Position numbers and translations under genes: made by a program. A stretch of 64,000 nt of DNA, from positions 1 through 64,000 of the forward strand of contig CAWJGT010000032.1 in assembly GCA_963842525.1 (NCBI GenBank), given 5' to 3'. This stretch comes from an uncultured Holophagales bacterium (GTDB lineage: Bacteria; Acidobacteriota; Thermoanaerobaculia; Multivoradales; UBA5704). Of this stretch, positions 44,851 to 54,577 are shown one piece after another. Below the pieces are notes generated by a model. It saw only the letters and a list, made by a program, of their open reading frames with translations. It did no database searches and was not told the origin of the DNA. Position 1 is the stretch's first letter. Every line of letters begins with the position of its first letter.

Positions 44851-47454
44851 ATGGAGCTCTCATGGCTGCAACGCCTCGCGCTGTTTGCGAGGTACCGGTA
44901 CCGGCTGGTCTTCGCGGCCTTCGCTGTGCTCGTGGGGATCTCCCTGGTCCTTGCCTCGCGGCTCTCGTTCAACACCGACATGCTGAGCCTGCTGCCGAGC
45001 AAGGACCCGGCGGTGCGGGCCTACATCGAGGCCCTGGAGGACTTCGGCAGCAGCACCTACCTGCTGGTGGGGGTGCGCATTCCCGAGGGCCGGGTCGTCG
45101 AGCCCTACGAGACCTTCGCCGACCGGCTGGCCAAGGATCTGGCCAAGCTCCCCGAGCTGAAGGCCGTCGAGCACCGGATCGGCGACCCCGAGGAGCTGCT
45201 GACCACGTTCTTCCCCAAATCGGTACTGTTCCTGGAGGAGCCGGAGCGCCGGCAGCTTGCCGGGCGGCTGAGCGACGAGGGCATCCGCCAGCGCGTCCAT
45301 GAGCTGCGGCGCCAGCTCGGGACCCCGCAGGGTATCGCGGCCAAGGGGCTCAACAAGCTCGATCCGCTGGGTCTGTCCGAGATCTTCCTCGGCCGGGTCC
45401 AGACCTCCCGCGGCACCCTGAAGGTCGACTGGACCAGCGGCTACTACCTCTCGCGGGACCGCCGCATGCTGCTGATCCTGGCCGAGCCGATCCGGCCTCC
45501 CCAGGACATCAAGTTCGACGAGCGCCTCGCGGCGCGGGTCGACGCCACCGTCGCCGGCCTCTTGCAGGAATGGGACGAAATCGCCGGCCCGGAGCCGCCG
45601 CCGCGGCCTGAGGTCGTGGTGGGCGGCCCCTACCTCACCGCCCTGGGCGATGCCTCGCTGATCCGCAAGGACATGATCTTCAACATCGCCACCTCGGGGC
45701 TCGGGGTCTTCCTCCTCTTCTTCTTCGCCTTTCGCCGTCCGTGGGCCCTGGTCTATGCCTTCGTGCCGCTGCTCTGCGGGCTGGCCCTCACCTTCGGGTT
45801 CTCCGAGCTGGCCGTCGGCTCCCTGAGCGCGGCGACCAGCGGGGTGGCGGCGCTGCTCATCGGCATGGGGCTCGACTTCGTCATCGTCTCCTATGGCCGC
45901 TATGTCGAGGAGAGGCGGAAGGGGGCAGCGTTCGAGGAGGCCCTGATCGCCATGTCGGGCTCCTCGGGGCGTGCCGTGCTGAGCGGCGCCGTCACGACCA
46001 CGGCGACCTTCTGGGCCTTTACCTTCACCGACTTCTCCGGGCTGCGCGAGATGGGCCTGCTGACCGGGACCGGCATCCTGTTCTGCGCCCTGGCCGTGTT
46101 CCTCCTGCTGCCCGCCATGCTCGCCTGGAGCGAGGACCACCACAAGCGGCGTCAGACGGCGCCCAACCTCTACCTGCACGCCTTCGGCTCCGACCGGCTC
46201 ATCCGGCTCTGCATGCGCCACCGGCGGCCGACGATCCTTGTCGGGACGGTGATCACGCTGGTATGCCTTGCCCTGGCGATCAACATCGAGTTCGACGAGA
46301 GCATGAAGACCATGAGACCCAAGGGGAACCGCGGGATCGACGTCGCCGAGGAAGTGGGGAAGCGGTTCGGCTCGGGCTTCGATTCGATGATGCTGGTGCT
46401 GACCGGGGACACGCCGGAGGAGGCCATCGAGCTGGCCGGCCGGGCCGCCGGCGAGGCCCGGAAGCTGGTGGAGGCCGGCACCCTCTACGGCTACAGCGGG
46501 GTGACCACGCTGATCCCGCCACCCCACCAGCAGCAGGAGGTGCTGGCCTGGCTGGCCCGCGAGCGCAGCGGGGCCCTCGACCTCGACCGCATCCGCGCCA
46601 CGTTCCGGCAGGCCGTGGACAAAGAGGGGCTGCGCCAGGAGCCGTTCGAGCCGGGGCTCGACCTGCTCGCCCGGGCGATCCAGCTCTCCGGCCCCATCGG
46701 CCGCGCCGACTTTCAGGAGACCCCGCAGACCCGGCTGCTGCTCGACCGGTATCTCCGGCAGACCGACCGGGGCTGGAAGGCCGCGGTCTACCTCTACCCC
46801 CCGAACAACCTGTGGCGCCGCGAGCCGCCTCCCGACGCCGTCCGCCTGGCGCACAACCTGGGTCCGAAAGCGGCCCTCGCCGGAGTCAACGTGGTCAACC
46901 AGCGGGTCCGCCAGCAGGTGATCCGCGATGCTTGGATCGCCGGCATCCTGGGCGTCATCCTGGTGGTGATCCTCCTCTGGATCGACTTCCGGAGCCTGCG
47001 CTACGCCTTCATTGCCCTGGCGCCGCTGACCGTCGGCATGATCTGGATGGCGGGAGGCATGGTGGCGATCGATACGCCGATGAACTTCATCAACATCTTC
47101 GTGACCACCATGATCATCGGCATCGGGGTTGACTATGGGGTGCACGTCCTCCACCGCTTCCAGGAGGTACGGGACCTGCCGCGGGAGGAGCTCGACAACG
47201 GCCTTCTGGAGACCGGCAAGGCCGTGATGGCGGCCGCCCTGTCGACCATCGTCGGCTTCGGTTCGAACCTGTCGTCGCACTATCCCGGCATCGCATCGAC
47301 GAGCCGGGTCGCCATCCTCGGCACCCTCGCCACCTCCCTGGTCGCCATCACCATCGTGCCGGCCATCCTGAGCTGGCGCTGGGAGAAGCGGCGGAAGCAG
47401 GGAATCCCGGTGGCCGAGCCCCTGAAAAGGCCGGAGGCGGCTGCGGTGCCGTAG
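44851..47454 (+). CDS. MMPL/RND-family lipid transporter
   Basis: Two repeats of one TM, a periplasmic domain and five TMs, with GMGLDF and GIGVDY motifs. Confidence 0.85.
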   Translation: MELSWLQRLALFARYRYRLVFAAFAVLVGISLVLASRLSFNTDMLSLLPSKDPAVRAYIEALEDFGSSTYLLVGVRIPEGRVVEPYETFADRLAKDLAKLPELKAVEHRIGDPEELLTTFFPKSVLFLEEPERRQLAGRLSDEGIRQRVHELRRQLGTPQGIAAKGLNKLDPLGLSEIFLGRVQTSRGTLKVDWTSGYYLSRDRRMLLILAEPIRPPQDIKFDERLAARVDATVAGLLQEWDEIAGPEPPPRPEVVVGGPYLTALGDASLIRKDMIFNIATSGLGVFLLFFFAFRRPWALVYAFVPLLCGLALTFGFSELAVGSLSAATSGVAALLIGMGLDFVIVSYGRYVEERRKGAAFEEALIAMSGSSGRAVLSGAVTTTATFWAFTFTDFSGLREMGLLTGTGILFCALAVFLLLPAMLAWSEDHHKRRQTAPNLYLHAFGSDRLIRLCMRHRRPTILVGTVITLVCLALAINIEFDESMKTMRPKGNRGIDVAEEVGKRFGSGFDSMMLVLTGDTPEEAIELAGRAAGEARKLVEAGTLYGYSGVTTLIPPPHQQQEVLAWLARERSGALDLDRIRATFRQAVDKEGLRQEPFEPGLDLLARAIQLSGPIGRADFQETPQTRLLLDRYLRQTDRGWKAAVYLYPPNNLWRREPPPDAVRLAHNLGPKAALAGVNVVNQRVRQQVIRDAWIAGILGVILVVILLWIDFRSLRYAFIALAPLTVGMIWMAGGMVAIDTPMNFINIFVTTMIIGIGVDYGVHVLHRFQEVRDLPREELDNGLLETGKAVMAAALSTIVGFGSNLSSHYPGIASTSRVAILGTLATSLVAITIVPAILSWRWEKRRKQGIPVAEPLKRPEAAAVP

Positions 47455-47471
47455 ACTCGCGCGAAAAAGGC

Positions 47472-49004
47472 TCACTCCACCAGCACCTCGGGGACCGCGA
47501 GCTGCCGGCCTGCCGCTTTGGGATCACCCAACTCCACCAGGGCCCAGCGGGGCGGGCACCAGAAACGGACCGGGAGCACCGAGGTCCCCAGGCCGGCGGT
47601 GATGAACAGAGATGTCAGACCGCGCTGGTTCGGAGCCGGGAATTCGAAGCGTCCGAGGTCGAAATACGGTCCCAGGGCGTCGCGGGTGGTGAGGGCGCCG
47701 ACGAACGGCAGCCGGACCTGGCCGCCATGGGTGTGGCCGGCGAGGACGGTCTCCAGGCCGCGCTGCGACGCCTCCAGGACCACGCTGGGCGTGTGCGCGA
47801 GCACGACCTTCGGTGTCCCGGGCGGGACATAGGGGCTGCGCGCGAGGGCCAGCGCCAGGCGGGTGCCCCGGGCGCCTTCGCGGAAGCCTTCAGGGCGCCG
47901 GGCACCGGTCAGAGGCGCGGCGAGCAGCGTCGTGCCTCCGGCCGTCACCTTGAGGTTGCGGTAGGCCACGGTGCCGCCGCCCCAGGCCCAGAGCCCTACG
48001 GTCCCGGAGGTGACGCGGTACGGCGACCGGTCCTCGGCCCGGGCCTGCCATTCCCGGGGCTCGGGCCGATCCACCGGCCAGACGCGCGCCGCGATCCGCA
48101 CACCGTCCGGAGAAACCGCTGTCCGCACCCGCAGCCGGTACCAGCGGCCGGGCTCGGGGTCGACGCCCGTGTCCACGTCGCCGGTCAGCGTGGTGCCGTG
48201 GGCCACAAGGATGTAGCTGCCCGGGCTGCCGTGCTCGGGCCGCGCCCGGCGGAGGCGGTACATCCGGTCCTCGCCGATCATGAAACGGCTGTGGAACGCG
48301 ATCCCGGCCCCGACGTCCTCGTTCGCGATCCAGGCGTCGCAGACCACCTCGTAGCCGCTCCAGGCGAGAGGGCCTCCGGTGTCCGACAGCCCGGCCGGCT
48401 CCGGGTCGTAGTGACTGTAGAAGTTCCGGAAGGGCTCTCCCCATTGCGCGCCATAGGTCCAGGCTCCGCTGGCGCGCACCGACCGGAAGGGTGACGGCCA
48501 GCGCCGCGTCAGGCGGTCGAAGCCCACCTGCTGATTGAGCCCGAGGAGCAAAAGGCCGCCCCCCGGCCCGATCCGCCTTCCTTCGTTCGACAGCCACTCG
48601 ACGCCGGCCCGGTCGAGTGCGGCGACCACCGCGCCCTGGTGCTCGCTGTGCCCCTGGACAGCGACCACCGGCGCGACCCGCCGAAGGGCGGCGAGGAATG
48701 CCGCGGTGGCCGCGATGTGCCGGGCCATGGGCTCCTCCTCCGGCACGTCCCGGATCAGGTCGCCGCTGATCAGGACCATGTCCGGCCGGACACGGGCGAT
48801 CTCGGCGAGCAGCTTGTGGAGCTGCGGCCGATCCTCCGAGATGTGGAGGTCGCTCAGCAGGGCCGCGCGCAGCGGCGGCGCCGGGAGGTCGATGCGGACA
48901 GAGTCCTGGAGGAGGAGCACCCGGGGCTCCAGCCAGAAGGCATCGGCCAGTCCCAGAGCGGCGAGCAGCAGGGCGGCAAGGAGGCCGGCGCGGCGGCGGG
49001 TCAC
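47472..49004 (-). CDS. Metallophosphoesterase with a large inserted beta-rich domain
   Basis: SDLH, SGDL, GHSEH, AHTP and AGHTHGGQV motifs with a ~230-aa insertion. GTG start overlaps the rhomboid stop. Confidence 0.78.
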   Translation of the reverse strand: MTRRRAGLLAALLLAALGLADAFWLEPRVLLLQDSVRIDLPAPPLRAALLSDLHISEDRPQLHKLLAEIARVRPDMVLISGDLIRDVPEEEPMARHIAATAAFLAALRRVAPVVAVQGHSEHQGAVVAALDRAGVEWLSNEGRRIGPGGGLLLLGLNQQVGFDRLTRRWPSPFRSVRASGAWTYGAQWGEPFRNFYSHYDPEPAGLSDTGGPLAWSGYEVVCDAWIANEDVGAGIAFHSRFMIGEDRMYRLRRARPEHGSPGSYILVAHGTTLTGDVDTGVDPEPGRWYRLRVRTAVSPDGVRIAARVWPVDRPEPREWQARAEDRSPYRVTSGTVGLWAWGGGTVAYRNLKVTAGGTTLLAAPLTGARRPEGFREGARGTRLALALARSPYVPPGTPKVVLAHTPSVVLEASQRGLETVLAGHTHGGQVRLPFVGALTTRDALGPYFDLGRFEFPAPNQRGLTSLFITAGLGTSVLPVRFWCPPRWALVELGDPKAAGRQLAVPEVLVE

Positions 49005-49711
49005 CAGGACAGTCCCCGGGCCTCCGGGCCTTTCCGTTGGCGGAATCCGCCCAACAGCAGCAGGAGGATCGGGCCGGCGACGAAGCCGCCGATGTGCGCG
49101 AACCAGGCCACCCCGCCCGCGGCGGCCGGATCTGCTACCTGGAGCGACGAGACCCCCGAGAAGAGCTGGATCAGGAACCAGATCGGGAGGTAGACGATGG
49201 CCGGGACCTCGATGAAACGGATGAAGATGAAGAACCAGAACACGGTGACGATACGCGCCATCGGATGCAGGAAGAGATAGGCGCCGAGCACTCCGGAGAT
49301 GGCGCCGCTGGCGCCGATGGCCGGGACGGCCGACAGCGGATTGAAGAAGGCATGGGCGAAGGTCGCGGCGTAGCCGGAGAGCAGGTAGAAGATCAGATAC
49401 CGCACGTGGCCGAGCCGGTCCTCGATGTTGTCGCCGAAGATCCAGAGGAAGAGCATGTTGCCGAGGAAATGCCCCCAGCCGCCGTGGAGGAACATGGAGA
49501 GCAGCCCGCTCTGCAGGCCCCAGGCGACCTCCGAGGGGTAGATGACGCGGTCCTCGAAAATCCGCGCGGGGATGAAGGCCGACTGGAGGAGGCCCTCGAG
49601 CCGTTCCCCCAGCCACAGCTCGTAGAAGAAGAAGAGTGCGTTGACGGCGATCAGCAGGATGTTCACGACCGGCCGGGTCCGGCTCGGGTTGAGGTCGCGG
49701 ATCGGTAACAT
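49001..49711 (-). CDS. Rhomboid intramembrane serine protease
   Basis: HGGWGHFLGNMLFL, GASGA and AHIGGF motifs. Confidence 0.92.
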   Translation of the reverse strand: MLPIRDLNPSRTRPVVNILLIAVNALFFFYELWLGERLEGLLQSAFIPARIFEDRVIYPSEVAWGLQSGLLSMFLHGGWGHFLGNMLFLWIFGDNIEDRLGHVRYLIFYLLSGYAATFAHAFFNPLSAVPAIGASGAISGVLGAYLFLHPMARIVTVFWFFIFIRFIEVPAIVYLPIWFLIQLFSGVSSLQVADPAAAGGVAWFAHIGGFVAGPILLLLLGGFRQRKGPEARGLSW

Positions 49712-49725
49712 GAGGCCCCTCCGGG

Positions 49726-51213
49726 CTACCGGGAGCGGATCCGGTGCACCCGCATCAGGTTCGTCAACGGCCGGTCCCGGATGGGGTGGCCCATCAGGAC
49801 GATGATCCTCTCCTCGGGGACCACCAGGTGGGCCTCCAGCAAGTGCCGTTCCACCGCCTGGACCACCTCGTCGAGGGTGCCGACCTCGGTGCCGGTCACC
49901 AGCGGCCGGACCCCCCAGACGAGCTGGATCTGGCGCGCCACCCGCTCCTCGGGGGTGAAGGCGACGATCGGCGCCCGCGGCCGGTAGCGGGCGACCAGGC
50001 GGGCGGTGAAACCGCTCTGGCTGAACGCCACGATGCGGCTGACCCCGAGCTGGTCGGCGGCATAGACGGCCGCGGCGGAGACCACGTCGGGCACGTCGAG
50101 CGGCATCTCGGTTTCCGCAGGATGGGCAGGATGGGTCGAGGGGTCGAGCTCGAAGCTGCGCCGCGCATGGACATGGCCGAGCGGCTGCAGGCCCGGGCCG
50201 GCTTCGTCGAGGCCGCGCGCATAGTCCTCGGCCTCCTTGATGATCCGGCCCATGGTGCGGACCACCTCGACCGGGTACTTCCCGATGGCGGTTTCGCCCG
50301 AGAGCATCAGGGCGTCCGCTCCGTCGAGGACGGCGTTGGCGACGTCGGTCGCCTCGGCGCGGGTCGGGCGCGGCTGCTCGATCATCGACTCCAGCATCTG
50401 GGTCGCGACGATGACCGGCTTGCCGGCCAGGCGCCCCGCGGCGACGATCTTCTTCTGGAGCACTGGGACCGTGTGGAGCGGCACCTCGACCCCGAGATCG
50501 CCGCGGGCAACCATCAGGGCGTCCGCCGCCTCGGTGATCTCGTCGAGGTGCTCCAGGGCGGTGGCGCGCTCGAGCTTGGCCACCACGGGAATGCGTCCGC
50601 CGTTCTGCTCCATGACCTCCCGGATCGCTTCGATGTGGCGTGCCTCGCCGACGTAGCTCGCGGCGACGTAGTCGGCCCCTTCGGCGCACGCGAAGGCAAT
50701 GTCGGAGCGGTCCTTTTCAGAGATCTCGAACGGCAGCGACGTGTCCGGCAGGTTGATCCCCTTGCGGGTGCGTACCGGCCCGCCGTTGACGACGCGCGCC
50801 CGCACCCGCTCCCCCTCCTTGGACTCGACGCGCAGCTCCACGAGACCGCCGTCGATGAGCACCCGTTCTCCGGGCTCCAGGTGCTCGATGAACCCCTCGT
50901 CCACCGGGAGGTCCACACCTTCGGACGCCTCGCCCAGCACCAACTCCTCGCCGGGCGTGAGCGTGCGGCCCTCTCCGGGCAGCCGGCCGAGGCGGTAGCG
51001 CGGGCCCATCAGGTCCATCACCACCGGCAGATGGCATTTCTCCTCCGCGGCGATGCGGCGGACGAGCTGGAGGTTCTTGCGGTGCTCCTCCTGCGAGCCG
51101 TGGGAGAGGTTGAGACGGAACAGGTCGACGCCGGATTGGATGAGCCCCCGCAGGACCTCCTCGCGCGTGCTCGCCGGCCCCAGGGTGGCCATGATCTTCG
51201 CTCGCCGTTCCAT
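49726..51213 (-). CDS. pyk: Pyruvate kinase
   Basis: ATLGPAS, RLNLSHG, MVARGDLGVE, ATQMLESM and MLSGETA motifs. Confidence 0.96.
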   Translation of the reverse strand: MERRAKIMATLGPASTREEVLRGLIQSGVDLFRLNLSHGSQEEHRKNLQLVRRIAAEEKCHLPVVMDLMGPRYRLGRLPGEGRTLTPGEELVLGEASEGVDLPVDEGFIEHLEPGERVLIDGGLVELRVESKEGERVRARVVNGGPVRTRKGINLPDTSLPFEISEKDRSDIAFACAEGADYVAASYVGEARHIEAIREVMEQNGGRIPVVAKLERATALEHLDEITEAADALMVARGDLGVEVPLHTVPVLQKKIVAAGRLAGKPVIVATQMLESMIEQPRPTRAEATDVANAVLDGADALMLSGETAIGKYPVEVVRTMGRIIKEAEDYARGLDEAGPGLQPLGHVHARRSFELDPSTHPAHPAETEMPLDVPDVVSAAAVYAADQLGVSRIVAFSQSGFTARLVARYRPRAPIVAFTPEERVARQIQLVWGVRPLVTGTEVGTLDEVVQAVERHLLEAHLVVPEERIIVLMGHPIRDRPLTNLMRVHRIRSR

Positions 51214-51278
51214 GGCCGACAGTATAGCGGCCCCGTGCTACCATCTCCGTCCCCACAAAACGGGGTGCGAGGTAACAC

Positions 51279-52595
51279 ATGTTCGACGGTCTCCAGAGCA
51301 GGCTCCAGGACGTTTTCAGCGCCCTCAAGGGAGAGGGCAGGGTCACTCCCGAGAAGCTCGATGCGGCGCTGCGCCAGATCCGCATGGCGCTGCTCGAAGC
51401 CGACGTCCATTACCGGGTGGTCAAGCCCTTCGTCGAGCGGGTGCGCGAGCGGGCCATGGGCTCCGAGGTGCTCGAGAGCCTCACCCCGGCCCAGCAGGTG
51501 GTCAAGATCGTGCGCGACGAGCTGGCGTCCCTGCTCGGCGAGGAGGGGAGCGAGCTGCGCCTCGACGGCCGGCCCGCCGTCATCCTGCTCTGCGGCCTCC
51601 AGGGCTCGGGCAAGACGACCACCGCCGGCAAGCTCGCCAAGCGGCTCAAGAAACGCGGCAAGCATCCGATCCTCGTGGCGGGCGACCTCCAGCGCGCCGC
51701 CGCGGTCGAGCAGCTCAAGCAGGTCGGCAAGGGGGTCGAGGTCCCGGTCATCGAGCCCGAGGGGAGCGAGACCGTCATCGCCCTCGGCGAGCGCGCCTTG
51801 AACGTGGCCCGGCAGCGCGGGCACGACGTGGTGATCATGGACACCGCCGGCCGCCTGCACGTCGACGAGGCGCTGATGGACGAGATCCGCCGCCTCGCCG
51901 ACCGCATCCAGCCGCACGAGACGCTGTTCGTCGCCGATTCCATGACCGGCCAGGACGCGGTCAAGAGCGCCGAGCAGTTCGCCGCGGCCCTGCCGCTGAC
52001 CGGCGCCATCCTCACCAAGCTGGACGGCGACTCCCGGGGCGGCGCCGCGCTGTCGATCCGCACCGTGGCCCGGGTGCCGATCCGCTTCGTGGGCGTCGGC
52101 GAGAAGGCAGACGACCTCGAGCTCTTCCATCCCGAGCGCATGGCCTCGCGGATGATCGGCATGGGCGACATCCTGTCGCTGATCGAAAAGGCCGAAAAGG
52201 GGCTCGACGCGGAGGAGACCGAGCGCCTCGCCAAGCGCATGATCCGCCAGGAGTTCACCCTGGAGGACCTGCGCGACCAGCTCCGCCAGATCCGCCGCCT
52301 GGGACCGCTCGCCTCGGTGCTCGAAATGCTTCCCAAGGTCGGGCCGCTCAAGGGCCTCGACGCCGCTCAGGTCGACGAAGGCGGGTTGAAGCGCGTCGAG
52401 GCCATCATCAACTCGATGACGCCGCTCGAACGGCGGCGGCCCGACGTGCTGAACGGCAGCCGCAAGAAGCGGATCGCCATCGGTGCGGGCACCTCGGTGC
52501 AGGAGATCAACAAGCTGGTCAAGCAGTACCGCACCATGCAGAAGATGATGAAGGGCGTCCAGGGGAAGTGGCTGCGCAAGGCTTTAGGGGGGTAG
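51279..52595 (+). CDS. ffh: Signal recognition particle protein
   Basis: GLQGSGKTT, DTAGR, TKLDGD and AIINSMT..ERR motifs. Confidence 0.97.
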   Translation: MFDGLQSRLQDVFSALKGEGRVTPEKLDAALRQIRMALLEADVHYRVVKPFVERVRERAMGSEVLESLTPAQQVVKIVRDELASLLGEEGSELRLDGRPAVILLCGLQGSGKTTTAGKLAKRLKKRGKHPILVAGDLQRAAAVEQLKQVGKGVEVPVIEPEGSETVIALGERALNVARQRGHDVVIMDTAGRLHVDEALMDEIRRLADRIQPHETLFVADSMTGQDAVKSAEQFAAALPLTGAILTKLDGDSRGGAALSIRTVARVPIRFVGVGEKADDLELFHPERMASRMIGMGDILSLIEKAEKGLDAEETERLAKRMIRQEFTLEDLRDQLRQIRRLGPLASVLEMLPKVGPLKGLDAAQVDEGGLKRVEAIINSMTPLERRRPDVLNGSRKKRIAIGAGTSVQEINKLVKQYRTMQKMMKGVQGKWLRKALGG

Positions 52596-52606
52596 GATCC
52601 CCAGCC

Positions 52607-53113
52607 ATGAAACCAATCGTCGCGCTTGCAGCGTTGCTCTCGATCGCCCTGCCGGAGGTGCGGGTCGAGATCCCGCTCCTGGGCAGCCCGGCAGAGACGG
52701 TCGAGATCCCACGCGCCCCCTGGCACATCTACAACTTCGACCTGGCGAGTCTCAACTTCGCCTTCCGCCATCTGGTCGACCCGAAAGGCCGCTTCACCGT
52801 AGGGATCGCCGACCCGACCTTCCGCCAGGAGGGACCTGCCTTCGTCTACAAGGGAGAGGTCGAGGTCGTATACGCCGGCGAGGAGACCCGCGGCGGCGTC
52901 CCAAGCCGGAAATACCTGATCGACGGCAAGGGGCTGGAGAACCGGGGGGGCTTCCTCTGGGTCGATGCCGCCGAGGGGCACTTCGTCGATGCCGAGATCG
53001 ACCTGCCGGACAACCCGGACTGGAAGACCTTCAAGTTCCAGCTTCAGAAAGTGGAGGAGATGGACGCCCCCGCCTGGGAGCGCTTCATGAAGGATCAAAT
53101 GGCGGTTCGATGA
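52607..53113 (+). CDS. Hypothetical exported protein (possibly internally deleted)
   Basis: ATG 11 bp after the ffh stop, signal-like N-terminus, GC3-biased codons. Its 3' end is duplicated at 59194-59403. Confidence 0.6.
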   Translation: MKPIVALAALLSIALPEVRVEIPLLGSPAETVEIPRAPWHIYNFDLASLNFAFRHLVDPKGRFTVGIADPTFRQEGPAFVYKGEVEVVYAGEETRGGVPSRKYLIDGKGLENRGGFLWVDAAEGHFVDAEIDLPDNPDWKTFKFQLQKVEEMDAPAWERFMKDQMAVR

Positions 53114-53745
53114 GCGGGCGCGGGCTCCTCCTTCTCCTGGCGGCTACCGCGGTGGCCCTGGTGATCTCCGGGATGCATCCCTACGACCGGACGACGTGGG
53201 TGCTCGAGGTCCTGCCGGTCCTCGTGGGCGTGCCGCTCCTGATCGCGACCTGGCGCCGGTTCCCGTTGACGCCGCTGGTCTACTGGCTCCTGTTCGTCCA
53301 TGCCCTGATCCTGATGCTCGGCGGGCACTACACCTACGCGCGGGGGCCGCTGGGCTTCTGGGTCCAGGACCTCCTGGACCTGGGCCGCAACCACTACGAC
53401 CGGCTGGGCCATTTCGCCCAGGGGTTCGTCCCTGCCATGCTGGCCCGGGAGATCCTGCTCCGGAAGACGCCTCTGCGGCGAGGCGGCTGGCTCTTCTTCC
53501 TGGCGACCTCGGTCTGCCTCGCCTTCAGCGCCTTCTACGAATTCACCGAATGGTGGGCCGCCGTGATCGGCGGCTCGGCTGCCGATGCCTTCCTCGGCAC
53601 CCAGGGCGACGTCTGGGACACCCAGTGGGACATGTTCCTGGCCCTCGTCGGCGCCGTCACCGCCCAGCTTCTCCTCTCCCGCTGGCACGACCGGCAATTA
53701 GAGAGGATGGGGAGCCCCGAAGACCGCTCGACGAAGACACGATGA
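53110..53745 (+). CDS. DUF2238 (YjdF-like) inner membrane protein
   Basis: GGHYTYA, RNHYDRLGHF, YEFTEW and FLGTQGDVWDTQWDM motifs. Confidence 0.88.
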   Translation: MSGRGLLLLLAATAVALVISGMHPYDRTTWVLEVLPVLVGVPLLIATWRRFPLTPLVYWLLFVHALILMLGGHYTYARGPLGFWVQDLLDLGRNHYDRLGHFAQGFVPAMLAREILLRKTPLRRGGWLFFLATSVCLAFSAFYEFTEWWAAVIGGSAADAFLGTQGDVWDTQWDMFLALVGAVTAQLLLSRWHDRQLERMGSPEDRSTKTR

Positions 53746-53867
53746 CGGGGCCGGTGGGATAGGGCTCCGTCAAAGATCTGTGGTCGAAGTGGCTTGGCGT
53801 TGCGTTCGTGGCCGACGCCCCACAGGCCGGGCGGTTGCAGGTATGATTGGAGCGTGAGGTTCAGCCC

Positions 53868-54173
53868 GTGCCCGTCGTCAGCTCCATCCCGGACCCCCTC
53901 CTTCAAGTGAAACGCGAGGAGATCCTCGCTCTGGCAGCCCGCCACGGGGCGAGCAGCCTGCGGATCTTCGGCTCCTTCGCACGCGGCGAGGCCCACACCG
54001 CCAGCGACGTCGATTTCCTCGTGGAGCTCGGCCCCGGGGCCACGTTGATCGACCTCGGCGCCCTCCAGATGGACCTCCAGGATCTCCTCGACCGGAAAGT
54101 CGACGTTGTCGAGCCGGACGCCCTGCACTGGTCCATCCGGGAGCGCGTTCTCCGGGAGGCGGTCCCGCTGTGA
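53868..54173 (+). CDS. MNT nucleotidyltransferase antitoxin (MntA-like)
   Basis: FGSFARGEAHTASDVDFLV (GSx10DxD); overlaps the downstream HEPN gene. Confidence 0.88.
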   Translation: MPVVSSIPDPLLQVKREEILALAARHGASSLRIFGSFARGEAHTASDVDFLVELGPGATLIDLGALQMDLQDLLDRKVDVVEPDALHWSIRERVLREAVPL

Positions 54174-54517
54174 AGGACGACCGGCTCTACCTGCTCCACA
54201 TCAGCGAAAGTGTGGAGCGGATCGAGGAGTACGTTGCCGAAGGGCGCGAGGCATTCTTTGCGGATCGCAAGACCCAGGACGCTGTCTTGCGCAACCTCCA
54301 GACGTTGGCCGAGTCAAGCCAGCGGCTCTCCGAGCCGCTGAAGGCGTCCCGGCCTGAGATCGACTGGCGGGGAATCGCCGGCCTCCGTAACATCTTGGTC
54401 CACGACTACCTCGGGGTCAGCCTGCCGCGAGTTTGGGAAATCGTAGAGGTGTTTCTCCCCCAACTGAAAGCGGCTGTCCGCCATTGGCTGGAGACTTGGC
54501 CCTCTCCGAGCTCCTGA
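54170..54517 (+). CDS. HEPN/DUF86 RNase toxin (HepT-like)
   Basis: YLLHI..., DAVLRNL and W..IAGLRNILVHDY (Rx4H). Confidence 0.88.
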   Translation: MKDDRLYLLHISESVERIEEYVAEGREAFFADRKTQDAVLRNLQTLAESSQRLSEPLKASRPEIDWRGIAGLRNILVHDYLGVSLPRVWEIVEVFLPQLKAAVRHWLETWPSPSS

Positions 54518-54577
54518 GTGTGTGTAGAGCGGCAGCGGTGCACCGCCGCTGGTATCCTAGGAGTCGGAGCACCGACA

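Noticed and set aside
51053-52606. N-terminal 518 aa of the 686-aa ORF 51053-53113
   Set aside because: Out-of-frame overlap with ffh. Only the part from ATG 52607 looks coding.
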